From Tubulanus polymorphus (lineage: Eukaryota > Animalia > Nemertea), in the NCBI RefSeq assembly GCF_964204645.1, contig NC_134032.1, positions 11,520,275 to 11,584,274 on the forward strand: 64,000 nucleotides of DNA. The letters run 5' to 3'. Both the position numbers and the translations under genes were made by a program. This document shows, piece after piece, positions 40,702 through 52,724 of the stretch. Every line of letters begins with the position of its first letter. The first letter of the stretch is position 1. Under the pieces are notes generated by a model, which saw only the letters and a list, made by a program, of their open reading frames with translations, was not told where the DNA came from and did not search any database.

Positions 40702-41367
40702 CCACCGTTTCAATATCGGTTTTACGATAAACGGATGAAATGTCGCGAGGATTTTAAACGCCGACACGAACGAATTCACACTGGAAAAAAACGTTTGAAT
40801 ATCCGATGTAGGAATTACGTTTTAGGCAGAAATTCACGTGTAAAGAGCGCATGAAACGCACTCATAACATGGACCCTAACTCGAGCTTCGATGTAATTTG
40901 ATATGGATCGTCTTTGCTTGTTGATAATGATAATAATAATAATAATGATAATAATTCTACTCGTCGTTCGATTATCAAGTTAAAAATCGAATGTTTTCAA
41001 AGTATTTCGAATATCGAAAATTAGTTTTACACGTATCTAAAAAGTTTTCATGCCATGCCATATACCGGGGTAGTGTCATCTGGATAAATTTCCTCTTCCC
41101 ATTTTCCAACGACCGCTATGAACCCTGTACTACATCAGGCTGGTTTCTGACTTAACACATCCAACAGTTATCTGTAGAAGTCTGTATAAGTTGTATCAGT
41201 GCTGAGGAAGAGTTAAATGGCTCGACAAATCGGAGGGCGGCGCAGGGGCTGATCAAGGATTTTCGGCTCAAGTATAAAATATGGAAAAGTAGTCCAATGG
41301 CCTTTTTACGTTACGTATCAATACGCACAATGCTAAGCAAAGATCTGCCAATCTTAACATTCCTGAC

Positions 41368-41510
41368 ATACGACAATCCGACATACCGGCAATCTGACAC
41401 ACCGGCACTCCCGACATACCGGCAATCTGACACACTGGCACTCCCGACATTCTGACACTCCCGACACCGGCAATCCGACACTCCCGACAAAGTGGCACTC
41501 CGGCAATGCA
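41368..41510. repeat. Minisatellite (ccgacataccggcaatctgacacaccggcactc-like)
   Basis: Several tandem variant units; followed by ~48-bp repeats at 41570-41690. Confidence 0.8.
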
Positions 41511-41975
41511 GCAGACCTACATACAGACATTCCAGTCCAGTTGTTTTGAGAATATATATTTGTAAGGCTGGGGCGTTCGGTTCCTAATAGTCCCCTGTAG
41601 AGAGATGCTGGGATCACGGGGCGTTCGGTTCCAATAAATCCCCTGTGTAAAGAGATACTGGGATCGTGGGACGTTTGGTTCCTAATTGCGGTGGAATCCC
41701 GCATCTTGAAACTCATCGAAATGTAAATCGAAGTGCCATGACATGTTCGGTCCCTGGAGGGTGAAAATATTAAGATTCAAGTACATTTATTTTCAATTCA
41801 AATCTTAAAAGGTCATAAAACATTGAATCTCAGTGACGATGTACTAGAATACCTGAAAGAATAAAGATTATTTGAGTTGAATCGACTGTGCTCTACCGGA
41901 CGTTGGCGCCATCTACAAAGACTGGTGCCCGTTCTGAGAGGCCTGCTGTGAAAGGAGCAAGCAAGGAAGCGAACG

Positions 41976-42046
41976 GGGCTGCCTCGGTTCAACGCCGTTT
42001 TCACGCTTAATTAAGCTTTTGAATTGACGAATACAGCTCGTAATCG
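41976..42046 (+). other. Putative non-coding 5' exon of gene B (5' boundary uncertain)
   Basis: Paralogous to 30609-30678; ends at G|GTACGT donor. Confidence 0.55.
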
Positions 42047-42190
42047 GTACGTCAGTGTTGTCACTATAAGGGGAACTCGTTCAAACCTATTTTCTCTGCA
42101 TGATTTGTAAATGAAACGATGTTCTATACTTGCAATTGTTGACCCCAATGGCAATTTGTTCTCCCCGCATTACAAAGGAACAGGAAGTGA

Positions 42191-42693
42191 CGATATCGGT
42201 CGGGGATATTTCAGATCTCTCAGCTTTACCCTTTCCGGTGATTTCTGGGCCATGTTTTCTAGCCCTTTATTGGCTTATCTAATACTACGCATGCGCACTG
42301 AGTTGTGTGACTAAGAAAATTTGAGAATTTGGTAGAAGATCGAGAGAAAATTGAGCGAATATAGACCGAGATTCGAACCCGGGTTAGCAGATTGCTAGCG
42401 CAGCATCTATACCACTAGATTACCGTCCATGGACTCACAAACCCGGTGGTAAATTTAAACTACAAATATAAAGCTAACCCTAACCCTATATAATCCTAAT
42501 CCTAACCCTCTGCTGGACCCTTCTCTCACCCTCTTGAGGCATTTTCTCGCTTTTAAACGGAACATTAACCCTTGATTAGTACAGCATATCGAATATAGAG
42601 CGCAGCACAATCGATCAACGCTTGGTTATTGGAAAAATACCTAGCTCCAAAAAGGTGAAACAGAGATCTGAAATATCCTAAACCGACGATATC
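42191..42693. mobile_element. Inverted-repeat element with a tRNA-derived segment and TAACCC-like repeats
   Basis: IR ggatatttcagatctc / gagatctgaaatatcc; tRNA-like 42361-42430 (-); ctaaccctaaccct at ~42475-42510. Confidence 0.55.
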
Positions 42694-43486
42694 TTGCCAA
42701 ATTTTTTTGAATTTTACCAGTTTTTCTTCCCTCTTGTAAGTATAAAGCTGGTTGGTTTTTCGGTCTAACTGCAGCCGATGTGTCCGTAAATGTAGCTTTA
42801 GGTCGAGTTTGCGCTGATGGGAATTCACAGCGTAACGCCCCTCCAAGTGTCAATTTTAATCCTGAAATATAAGGAGCGCCCATAATTTTAATTGTAGATG
42901 TCTTTTTTGGAAACATTGACACTGTTTTAGCCCCATTAAAGATTTTAACTGGCAATAAAATTGATTTTTGAAAATTCCCGATGCCTCTTCAGGATTGCAG
43001 TGACGTCATCTGTTCCGATATTTGCGGTTAGATTTAAGCATTACGGAGATAGGAGCGTTTCCAGCCTTTCTGTATAGCATAGTTAGACGAGGGGTGCGCA
43101 TTGGATCATGGGTAAAACAGTTGCATCATGGATAATTAAGATGGCAACCCCGTTGTTGTTTTTATCGTAGATTACGATTAATTTTATCATTTTTAACACC
43201 AACAAGGTCAAAGCCCATATTCAAGTGCCTGTGAACACAATCACTATTTAAGCGCTACTTGATCTTTTAACTGTATCGCTTCCAAAAATGATTAATTTTG
43301 GAAAACGATTTTAAGTGGTCTTTGATAACAGCTACCGGAATGATGATTTTGTTGTTGTTCTAGAATTAGGGATATTAACTCTTACAGTTAGGATTTGTAT
43401 GTGCAAAAGGGATTTTTTTACTTCCAAAGACTAAACTAAATTTCTTCAATTTTCAGAAGTTAGATAGATAGAGAAGTGACGTTAAA

Positions 43487-43634
43487 ATGTTGCTGTTGGA
43501 TGGTGTTGAGGTGCACGTACGCGAGGATGTATTTAAAAGTTGTCTGCGTCGACACTTGGATTGGTTAGATGAATTAGTTATTGATGCTGATGATAATACC
43601 TGGTTTAGATGGATGTCTCGACGTCGAACTAAAG
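43487..43634 (+). CDS. Gene B constant exon 2: 49-aa conserved N-terminus (exon begins at 43457)
   Basis: ttttcag acceptor, in-frame TAG at 43469, aaaATG, AAAG|GTTCGT phase-1 donor. Confidence 0.82.
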
Positions 43635-43958
43635 GTTCGTCTTTAAAAACTCTATCCTCAAATTCATCGATTTTGGGCCTTGAATACAAGTTAGATTTGC
43701 TAAATCTTAAAGAATTCCTTATGAATATTGATTTAGAAATAGAAAAATGGGGTATTGGAATATTTCATCAGGTGGCAGTAATCAATTCATGGGAAAAGAC
43801 ATGCAAAAGATTGTAGCGGTTAAAATTGGCTAAATCTTATATTTACTAAGAGAAGAGATAGTAGTTATTCAACTGAGACTTTTGGAAAAGTAATGGATTG
43901 AGGTGGGTTATCCAAATTTTTGTAAGGTCACTGTAAATATATAACTTTATGTATTCAG

Positions 43959-45164
43959 ATCAGAGAAGAGGACAAATGAATCAAATGTCCGGAGATGGAG
44001 GTGTTATGTACATCGGAACAAATCAATCAAAAACTGGACAAAAAAGACGATTTGAAGTTCAAAGCAGAACGAGAACCGTCGCTCAGAATGTTTTAAAAGC
44101 TGTGAAACGTCGGAGAGGAAGTGCAGCTGCACAGGGGACGTTACCGCAGCAACGAGTTCAACAATCGCAAACAATGACGACTGTCGGGCAGCAACCGATC
44201 GGTCTGTTACCAGCTCAACAGAGAATGACGCCCAATCGAGGAGGTCGCGGAAGAGGAAGAGGACGAGGTCTACCTCCTCGTCATGTTTCACCGGCTTTGA
44301 ACATTCCTTCTGCAAATATGGAAAGTCAATCCGGAGTCCGTCAAATATCACCAGCTAATAGTTTTCGCCATCTTGATTCTCAGTTTCAACAACAGAGGAC
44401 GCCACCACGTTCAAGTACACAGACAACACCCGTTAAACCAGCTCCACCTGGTGGTGAATCGCCAAGAATATCGTTACAATCAGGAATAGACTTGAAACCA
44501 TCAGTTACAGATGTATCGCAGCAACAATTGAATGAATCTGAGAATGTTGTGTCGTCGATGGCAACAGCTCCGGTCAGCTCGGCGTCGGCGGAAACCGTCA
44601 ATTTCTCAGTTCTAGATGCGTCTGGATGTGAAATTTTATTGAACTCCGAAATCGAATCAACTTTAGAAAGTATTAAAAATGCGGAGGAGGAATCGGACGA
44701 TTCTATGATTCCTGATGATTCAAACGTTGATGCATCATCGGCATATAAAAATGAAACTAACGTTGAACAGCCGAGTGAAAGTGGATTATCGACACCCCCG
44801 CCCCCGGCGATCTCCAGCTGCGATAACGCATTAGAACAATTAGAATCGATAGTGAGTTCGGCTCCATCCTTCGGACAATTAGAAATATCTAGTAGCGCCA
44901 TTGGTGGTGAAAACATTGAACTAAAATACAGCGACCAATTAACTGATACAAATACCGCTGATATCAATACGCTTCCGGTCCAACAATCTCATCATCACCA
45001 AGGTTACGAAGAAAACGTACGTGTTAAAAATGAACCGATAAAAATAGAACCGGTTGAAATATCCTCAGGAAGCGACGATGATGAAGATTATTCAACTCAA
45101 CAGATCATACAACAACAACAACATGATCCACAACCGGGAACAAGTGGAGCTTTTGATCAGTCAG
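43959..45164 (+). CDS. Gene B constant exon 3: ~400-aa disordered region ending at the common donor
   Basis: attcag|AT phase-1 acceptor; RGGRGRGRGRG, VKNEPIKIEP, PQPGTS; CAG|GTAGGT phase-1 donor. Confidence 0.88.
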
Positions 45165-46532
45165 GTAGGTGTTAACTGCAATTTTATCTATCCTATCTAT
45201 ACAGGGTCGAGTTTCAAACACCAGATTTTGCGCATCCAAAAAGCTAGTGTAAAAATCGTCTTGATGTCAGTTCAGTTTTGCCATGAGCATTGAATTTCGA
45301 AGGTTGTTTGGGTTTTGGACGATAAGAAAATAAGAGATTTGAATTTGCTTTTGGTTTTAGAAGTAAAAATAACTGACGAATATTAAACAGCGAGTTTTTT
45401 GATTGCGGAACTGTATTCTTGAGCTCGTCCCATGCAGCACGAATGAGGTCTACGATTCTAAACCAATCATTGATTTATGAGATCAGGAGAAAATTGGCTA
45501 ACAGTTACTCAGTTCTTTTGTTCTAATAGAAATTCCGTTGTAAACAATTGTAGTTGCCTCTTCAGACATTTTATGCATGAAATTTGCACTTCCTAATTTT
45601 GGCCCACTTTGGGCGAAGCACCAGCTGATATTTGCATTTACTTTTCATCCATGTCTCTCTAAACAGAATCGGGTTTGATTTTGAAGTTTTGAAGTTCTAC
45701 TTCGATGTATACTCTCCTCGATTGACGGTTCGTAGCCTAAAAATTGACCCGAACAGAATGGAAATGATTAACTTGTGGCCCCGTGTCGGTTGTTGCAAAA
45801 TCTGCGCTATTGCGCGTTAAAGTTTTCATGGGAAATCCTGAAGATTGCAACCCCCTTAAAATCGGATCATCCAGTTTTTCCCCACAATGAGGAGTTCAAT
45901 GTATTGTATTGAAATAGATTCAATTTGTCCCACAGTTAATTGCAAGATTGTAGCTCATGACAAATGTTTCAATTCTCCTCTGTGCTTGAAGACTTTCGCC
46001 GGGGGGGGGGGGGGGGCATTGAAATCGTCAGATTGTCCGGTATTTCACCAGGTGGCATGTTGTCCCTGGGCCCTGGCTTGGAATGGTATTGAAATTGAAG
46101 TTTGGCATTCAGTTTCAAACCATTTCCTGCATAGAAATGCTTTGTATTGTAGGATTAGATTTACAGCGAGTTGTCCGTGGTTTGATTTAACTCAATAGTT
46201 GGCGATAATTAAACCGAGCTGGTTCCACTCAATGACTCAATATCAGACGCGGCATTTTGATCATGAGTCCTGCAGTGGAACTGGGTCGGCAAATGCTTTT
46301 TTTTCAGGCGACCCTTTTACACTGTATTATAACCTCGCTATCCTGATACCTAATTGATCTGCTGCAATTTTCTGGTCTAGTTGATGGGGATATTTTCAGA
46401 GGATTCTTGTACTGATACTTCGGATTCGAGCCACATGATGAGTCACGCCACCTCTGTTCGTGACCGTTAGACATTTTTCCGCCCTCGTTATCTAAACGCA
46501 TGCATGTCATCGGTTCTCGTGGCTCTTTGCAG

Positions 46533-46915
46533 GTGGCGCTTTCTCAGATGAGCCATCATTGCCATGGGAACCGATGCCTTCGCGAACTAGGCGGCCGAAC
46601 GTCAGTCGTAAAAATACCGCATCACGACGAAAAACCAACATCAACGGATCAGGGAAATATCCCTCTGCATCCAGTATTACAACAGGAGCCCCACCTGGTG
46701 GCAAATTCATGAAATTCACATGCCAATTTTGCGGGAAACCGTTCAAAGGATTTATTGATTTAGCGCGACACGAACGCGTTCATACCGGTGAACGTCCGTT
46801 TAAATGTCCGATGTGCGATTTGAGATTCACGCAGAAATCTCATCGTAAACGTCACCTGGAACGGCTTCATAACTTCAACATGGAAACATTCGCGATTCAG
46901 GAACTCGGAAACTAG
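46533..46915 (+). CDS. Gene B cassette B1, 2 fingers
   Basis: ctctttgcag|GT phase 1; LPWEP motif. Confidence 0.87.
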
Positions 46916-47055
46916 CGGACTGATTCCATAAACTAGCTGACTGATTTTACAAACTAGCAGACTGATTCCATAAACTAGCAGACTGATTCCATAAACTAGC
47001 GGACTGATTCCATAAACTAGCAGACTGATTCCATAAACTAGCGGACTGATTCCAC
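46909..47055. repeat. 21-bp minisatellite x7 (aaactagcggactgattccat)
   Basis: Seven near-identical tandem units. Confidence 0.95.
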
Positions 47056-47165
47056 AATGACAAAATTATTCTCGCTGAAAGATAAAGATTGATCGTTGTG
47101 AGACTCGGACGCCATCTATTAGTCATTACTGAAATTATAACAACGGTTCTCATGGCTTTTTGCAG

Positions 47166-47551
47166 GTAGCCGAATCGCTGTGCCACCTCTATTGCCATGG
47201 GAACCGTTCGACGACGTGACAATGGCGACGGTTGCTACGACTGCGCTATGGTTACCGGTAACTCCGACGATGACTCCGCCGCGTTTTAAGGACCATGCGG
47301 CGCGTTCACGCGATTCGCGCACGGCCGGTCCGGACTATTGTTCGAAGAACCCGTTGAATAAAAATAAACATCGGTGTCGGATTTGTAATAAACGGTTTTT
47401 GAAACCGTCGGGTTTGGTTCGTCACGAGCGCGTACATACCGGTGAACGTCCGTTCGCGTGTCCCATCTGTAACAGATTGTTCTCTCATAAATTTCACCTG
47501 AAAACGCACGTCGAAAAAGTTCACGGTTTCGGTAAAATTGAACCAGATTGA
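47166..47551 (+). CDS. Cassette B2, 2 fingers
   Basis: tttttgcag|GT phase 1; LPWEP motif; AATAAA at 47605. Confidence 0.87.
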
Positions 47552-48075
47552 ATTAAAGAGACGTTCCACCCTCGTACAGCAGGAGTAAGCAACGTTAACA
47601 TTTTAATAAATTATTGATTCATGTCTTGTAGTGTGTCAAAACATGTTTATTTTTATTCTAGTTGAGTTGATTTGGAAATGAATTCTATAGAAATTTGTCT
47701 AGATGTTTGTGTATTATGTTTAATTCGCAATTCTGTTACTGTATTTGTTATGAGAATTAAGCCCGGGTAGAATCTTGAAACGTTTCGAACCGTGGAATGC
47801 ATGATTCGATGTTGCAGATTCTCCCGATTGCGAAATGTCATAACTTACAATTATGAATATTTACAATAATTAGACTTGGTATGACTAAATAAAAATATAT
47901 TTAACTGAATTGTAAGATTGTCTTGTACTTTTTCGCCGAGTCTCGCTGTCCTCAAAGCTGAATACAGGTGGTCGTAGTGACGGAGTTTATTTCTGACTAG
48001 AACGCTGCATGTAAATTGGGATAATCGATTCTGTATGAGGAAAATTAAAATGCCGATTCTGATGGCTATTTGCAG

Positions 48076-48389
48076 GTTTTATGATCGGACCGGCGTGGCA
48101 CCTCGGAATTGACGCCTACCGTCGGATCGGAAATGGGCGGGCGGCACCGAGAATGTCGATGACGGTCGCGCGCGAAATGGTTAATAACGACGTACGCCGT
48201 AGACACGAGTGCGGTTTTTGCGAAAAACGTTTTCTGTCGACCGGCGATTTGAATCGACACAAGCGAATTCACACCGGCGAAAAACCGTTTAATTGTCCGA
48301 TATGCAAGCGTCGTTTCAAGCTGAAGGGGCACCTTAAAACACACATGAAACGCGTTCATAACATTGAACAGAACAAATTGAATTTTTAA
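48076..48389 (+). CDS. Cassette B3, 2 fingers
   Basis: ctgatggctatttgcag|GT phase 1; AATAAA at 48581. Confidence 0.87.
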
Positions 48390-48693
48390 GGTTTTTAATA
48401 TCCAAAAAAGTGAAGATGGTACCGAGTACTGCTTGTTGATTCGAAGTTTGCGAGAAATGTTTCCGCGTATAGACTTGTTTAGTGGTCGGGATGTCTTGTT
48501 CTTAAGAGCGCCTTTCGGTAAGGGCCGTGCATTTTGTCAGTAGCAATGTGTTTATGTGTTACCAGTAAAGCCTTGTGTTAAATAAATACGATTAAAACAC
48601 AAAAGATTTGCTTTGCGTTTGTTTTTGCCATTCTCCACCTGCAAGACTGTCGGGGGTTTCTTTCCGCCCTTTAGCAGGTTACACATGCATCTG

Positions 48694-48820
48694 GGGCCGG
48701 TTGCTCAAAAGTTGGTTAGAGTTAACCAGTGGATAGTTGATATGGTGACAATTGAAATTTCATTGTTACTATGGTATTTAACGACTTGTTATCATTAACC
48801 AACCTTTGAGCAACTGGCCC
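48694..48820. mobile_element. 127-bp Harbinger-like MITE
   Basis: TIR gggcc(g/a)gttgctcaaa(a/g)gttggtta, TSD CTG; empty site catctgctc in the duplicate at ~49740. Confidence 0.9.
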
Positions 48821-49003
48821 CTGCTCTTTTTTGCTTGTTTTTGTCGTCGTTATTAAATACTTTGCTTTGTCTTTTTATGTTGTTGTTCTGCATATGGAGT
48901 GCTGACTGGGCATGAATCGACTTTAAGGTCTCTGAATAGGTAACCCCGGCTCTAGTTTTGCAATCGTAGAAAATAAAATTCGCATTCCGATGGCTATTTG
49001 CAG

Positions 49004-49401
49004 GATTTGTGATCGGACCGCCGCGGCATATCGGAATCGACGCCTACAGTCAGATCGGAATTGGGCAGAATTTGTCGGGGAGGGCAACGCCAGTTGCCCG
49101 GGAAACTGCTGATAAGGATAAGCGTCGAAAGCACGTGTGCAGTTTTTGTGGAAAGCATTTTCGATATACCAGCAATTTGAAGCGCCACGAGCGAATTCAC
49201 ACTGGCGAAAAACCATTCGAATGTCCGACGTGCGCGAAACATTTTCTGTTGACCGGAGATTTGAATCGACACATGCGAATTCATACGGGCGAAAAACCGT
49301 TCAAGTGTCCGATATGCAAGCGACGTTTCAAGCTGAAAGGGCACCGTAAAACACACATGAAACACGTTCATAAGGTCAACCAGAATGAATTGAATATTTA
49401 G
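49004..49401 (+). CDS. Cassette B4, 3 fingers
   Basis: ggctatttgcag|GA phase 1; AATAAA at 49632. Confidence 0.87.
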
Positions 49402-49925
49402 ATGCTGGTTTTCGATATCGAAAAAGTTGGTAATTGAGTAAATTGTTAAAGATGGTACTGAGTACAGCTTGATGATACGAACTTTGTGAGAAATGTCTCC
49501 GCGTGTAGACTCATTAAGTGGTCTATTCTTATTTTATTCTTTATTCGGTTAAGATAAGTTTTACTGATCGTGCATTTTGTCAGTAGCAATGTGTTTGTGT
49601 TACCAGTGTATAAGATTAAAGATTTATGTTAAATAAATACGATTGAAAGACGAAAGATTTGCTTTGCGTTTGTTTTTGCCGTTCTCCACCTGCAAGACTG
49701 TTGGGGGGTTTCTTTCCGCCCTTTAGCAGGTAACACATACATCTGCTCTTTTTTGCTTGTTTTTGTCGTCGTTATTAAATACTTTGCTTTGTCTTTTTAT
49801 GTTGTTGTTCTGCATATGGAGTGCTGACTGGGCATGAATCGGCTTTAAGGTCTCGGAACAGGTAACCCCGGCTCTAGTTTTGCAATCGTAGAAATTAAAA
49901 TTCGCATTCCGATGGCTATTTGCAG

Positions 49926-50734
49926 GATTTGTGATCGGACCGGTGCGGCATATCGGAATCGACGTCTACAGTCAGATTGGAAGTGGGCAGAATTTGTCGG
50001 GGAGGGCAACTCCAGTTGCCCAGGAAACCGCTGATAAGGATAAGCGTCGAAAACACGCGTGTAGTTTTTGTGGAAAGCGTTTTTCATGGACCAGCAATTT
50101 AAATCGGCACGAGCGAATTCACACCGGCGAAAAACCGCATAAATGTCCGATATGCGAGAAACGTTTCACTGTGAAATCACACTGCAACATACACGTAAAG
50201 CAGGTTCATAACGAAAAACCGTTTGAATGTCCGTTTTGCGATAATAGGTTTGATACTCCGGCTGATCGTAAACGACACAAGATAATTCACACCGGCGAAA
50301 ATCCTTGCAAATGTTCTCCTACTTGTGAGAGATGTTTTGCTGAGACAGGACAGCATGATACGAACATGCTTGCGGATCATGGAAAACCGTTTAAATGTCG
50401 GTTTTGCGATAAAGGGTTTAATTCTGCTCATGGAGTTAAACGACACGCGCGAATTCACACCAGCGGAAAACCGTTTAAATGTTCGATGTGCGACCAACGT
50501 TTCGCACAGAGATCACATTGTAAACAGCATATCAAATATGTTCATACCGATGAACGGCCGTTTGAATGTCAGTTTTGCGATAAAAGGTTTAATACTACCG
50601 CTGATTGCGATCGACACGAGCGCGTGCACACCGGCGAAAAACCGTTTAAATGTCCGACGTGCGATCAACGTTTCAGTCAGAGTGGATCCTGTAACTTGCA
50701 CATTAAACGGGCTCATTACAATGAACGACCTTGA
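49926..50734 (+). CDS. Cassette B5, 7 intact fingers + 1 degenerate
   Basis: ggctatttgcag|GA phase 1. Confidence 0.85.
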
Positions 50735-51592
50735 ATGTCGGTTTTGCGATGAACGGATGAGAACTCGTGTCCATTAGGAGGAACACGAGTGCGAATTCAC
50801 ACCGGTGTAGAATCGTTTGTGTTTGTGTTATCGGTGAAAAGGCCGGTTTCCATCGACATCTCTTGCAGCATTCTGACGATGTCCCGTGCATGTATCGACG
50901 TTCTCAAAATCGAACCAACCGCGCAATGATTTCATCCTCGACTAGCAGGATACCCGTCTCGGATTGGTCGGTTGATAGGGAGACATTAACGTATCAGCGC
51001 TACAGCAATAAGAAAAATAGGTCATGAACTTCCTTAATCATAGGATATCTACCGGTAGGCTAGTTCGCTAATTTCCTCACAGAGGGAGATATTTTCCAAA
51101 ATGGCTGATGATGATTCTCCTTTCTACAAAACATCCACTGCTTTGTTTATGAAATTGTATGAAATTTATCGTAAAAAGGAGATAATAAAAGAAATATTAT
51201 TATTATTATTATTATTGTATTAGAAGTTGAATCTTTGAATGGCATGAAGGGAGGAGTTTGAATCAGACTAGTTTAGCTTGCATAGCACAATGAACAGTTA
51301 CTGGTAGTGTCATGTACCATTTAGTGAGTGCTGGATCCAGTTCCACAGTTGTGACTATAGAGTTAACTGTGAGTTAGAATTAGTTAATTTTCAATGTTTT
51401 AACTCTGAGTAAATTCTTAACTCAGAACTCATTAATGACCGCAATATTGTCACATCAACACGAAAAACGCCGCACCCGGGAATACTGACTGAGTTTCTTC
51501 TTGCGTCATGAACAGGTCACGGCGGGTACCTGCACTATTTTGTAATCATTAAAATGAAAATCTAAAGTCCGGTTTCTGGTGGCTATTTGCAG

Positions 51593-52263
51593 GTTTTGTG
51601 ATCGGACCGGTGTGGCATATCGGAATGGACGCTTACAGTCAGATCGGAAATGAGCTGAATTTGTCGGGTACCGCAACGCCTGTTGCCAAGGAAACCGCTG
51701 ATAAGGATAAGCGTCGAAAACACGCGTGCAGTTTTTGTGGAAAGCATTTTTCTTCGACCGGAGATTTATCTCGGCACAAGCGAATTCACACCGGCGAAAA
51801 ACTGTATAAATGTCTGACGTGCGAGAAATGTTTTGCCGAGACAGGACAGCGGGATACGCACGTGCAAGAGGATCATATCAGTGAAAAACAGTTTAAATGT
51901 CAGTTTTGCAACAAAGGGTTTGATTCTTCGCAAGGAGTTAAACAACACGAGCGAACGCACACCGACGGAAAACCGTTCGAATGTCCGATGTGTGAGGAAC
52001 GTTTCACACAGATATCACACCGCAATCAGCACATGAGATGGTTTCATACCGATGAACGACCGTTTGAATGTCGGTTTTGCGATAAACGGATGAAAACCCT
52101 CCACAATTTGAAGCGACACGAGCGAATTCACACCGGCGAAAAACCGTTTAAATGTCCGATGTGCGATCTGCGTTTCAGTCAGAAAGGATCCTGTACAGTG
52201 CATGTACAACTTGTACATACCGATGAACGACCTGTGAATGTCAGTTCTGCGATAAACGAATGA
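51593..52263 (+). CDS. Cassette B6, 6 fingers, frameshifted tail
   Basis: ggctatttgcag|GT phase 1. Confidence 0.83.
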
Positions 52264-52724
52264 AAACTCTCTACAATTTAAAGGAACACAAGCGAATTAA
52301 AAGGGTTTATAAGTCTGATGTGCGAGAAATATTTCATGCTGATATAACACCTTAAGCGGCATGCGTTCATAACATTGACGCGTCATGAACTGTCGTATTT
52401 CTATACGACAAAAAGATGTTCATAATGCTTAACTATTAAAACGGGGTTCAATTTGCTAAAATGAAGTTTGAGAGAATATCCGACTTATTTTTCATATGCA
52501 GATAATTGAGTTTTGGTCTTTTTTGAAGTTGTTCCTTCTGGAATGATTCTACAAAGATGAGTAAAACTCACCGTGTCACTCTTCGTCGGCATCAATTTGT
52601 TCATATATTAAAACTAGTTGAATAAATAAGACCAAAAATTCACTAAAAGACTGATAAGACTTTTGATAAGACTGATAACCAATATTTGCTTCGTGTTTGT
52701 TTATGTCGTTCTCCATCAAGAATA

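Noticed and set aside
41268-41716. Cys-rich minus-strand ORFs
   Set aside because: Translations of a minisatellite
42361-42430. Functional tRNA-Ala(AGC)
   Set aside because: Anticodon stem does not pair; embedded in a repeat element
42475-42510. Telomere
   Set aside because: Only a few degenerate TAACCC units, inside an intronic element
43487-43634. Naming the gene lola, ttk or another BTB-ZF
   Set aside because: No full BTB domain, and an upstream in-frame stop; the similarity is architectural only
46909-47055. CRISPR-like appearance of short repeats (also 23476-24110 and 35180-35300)
   Set aside because: No unique spacers, no cas genes, eukaryotic context
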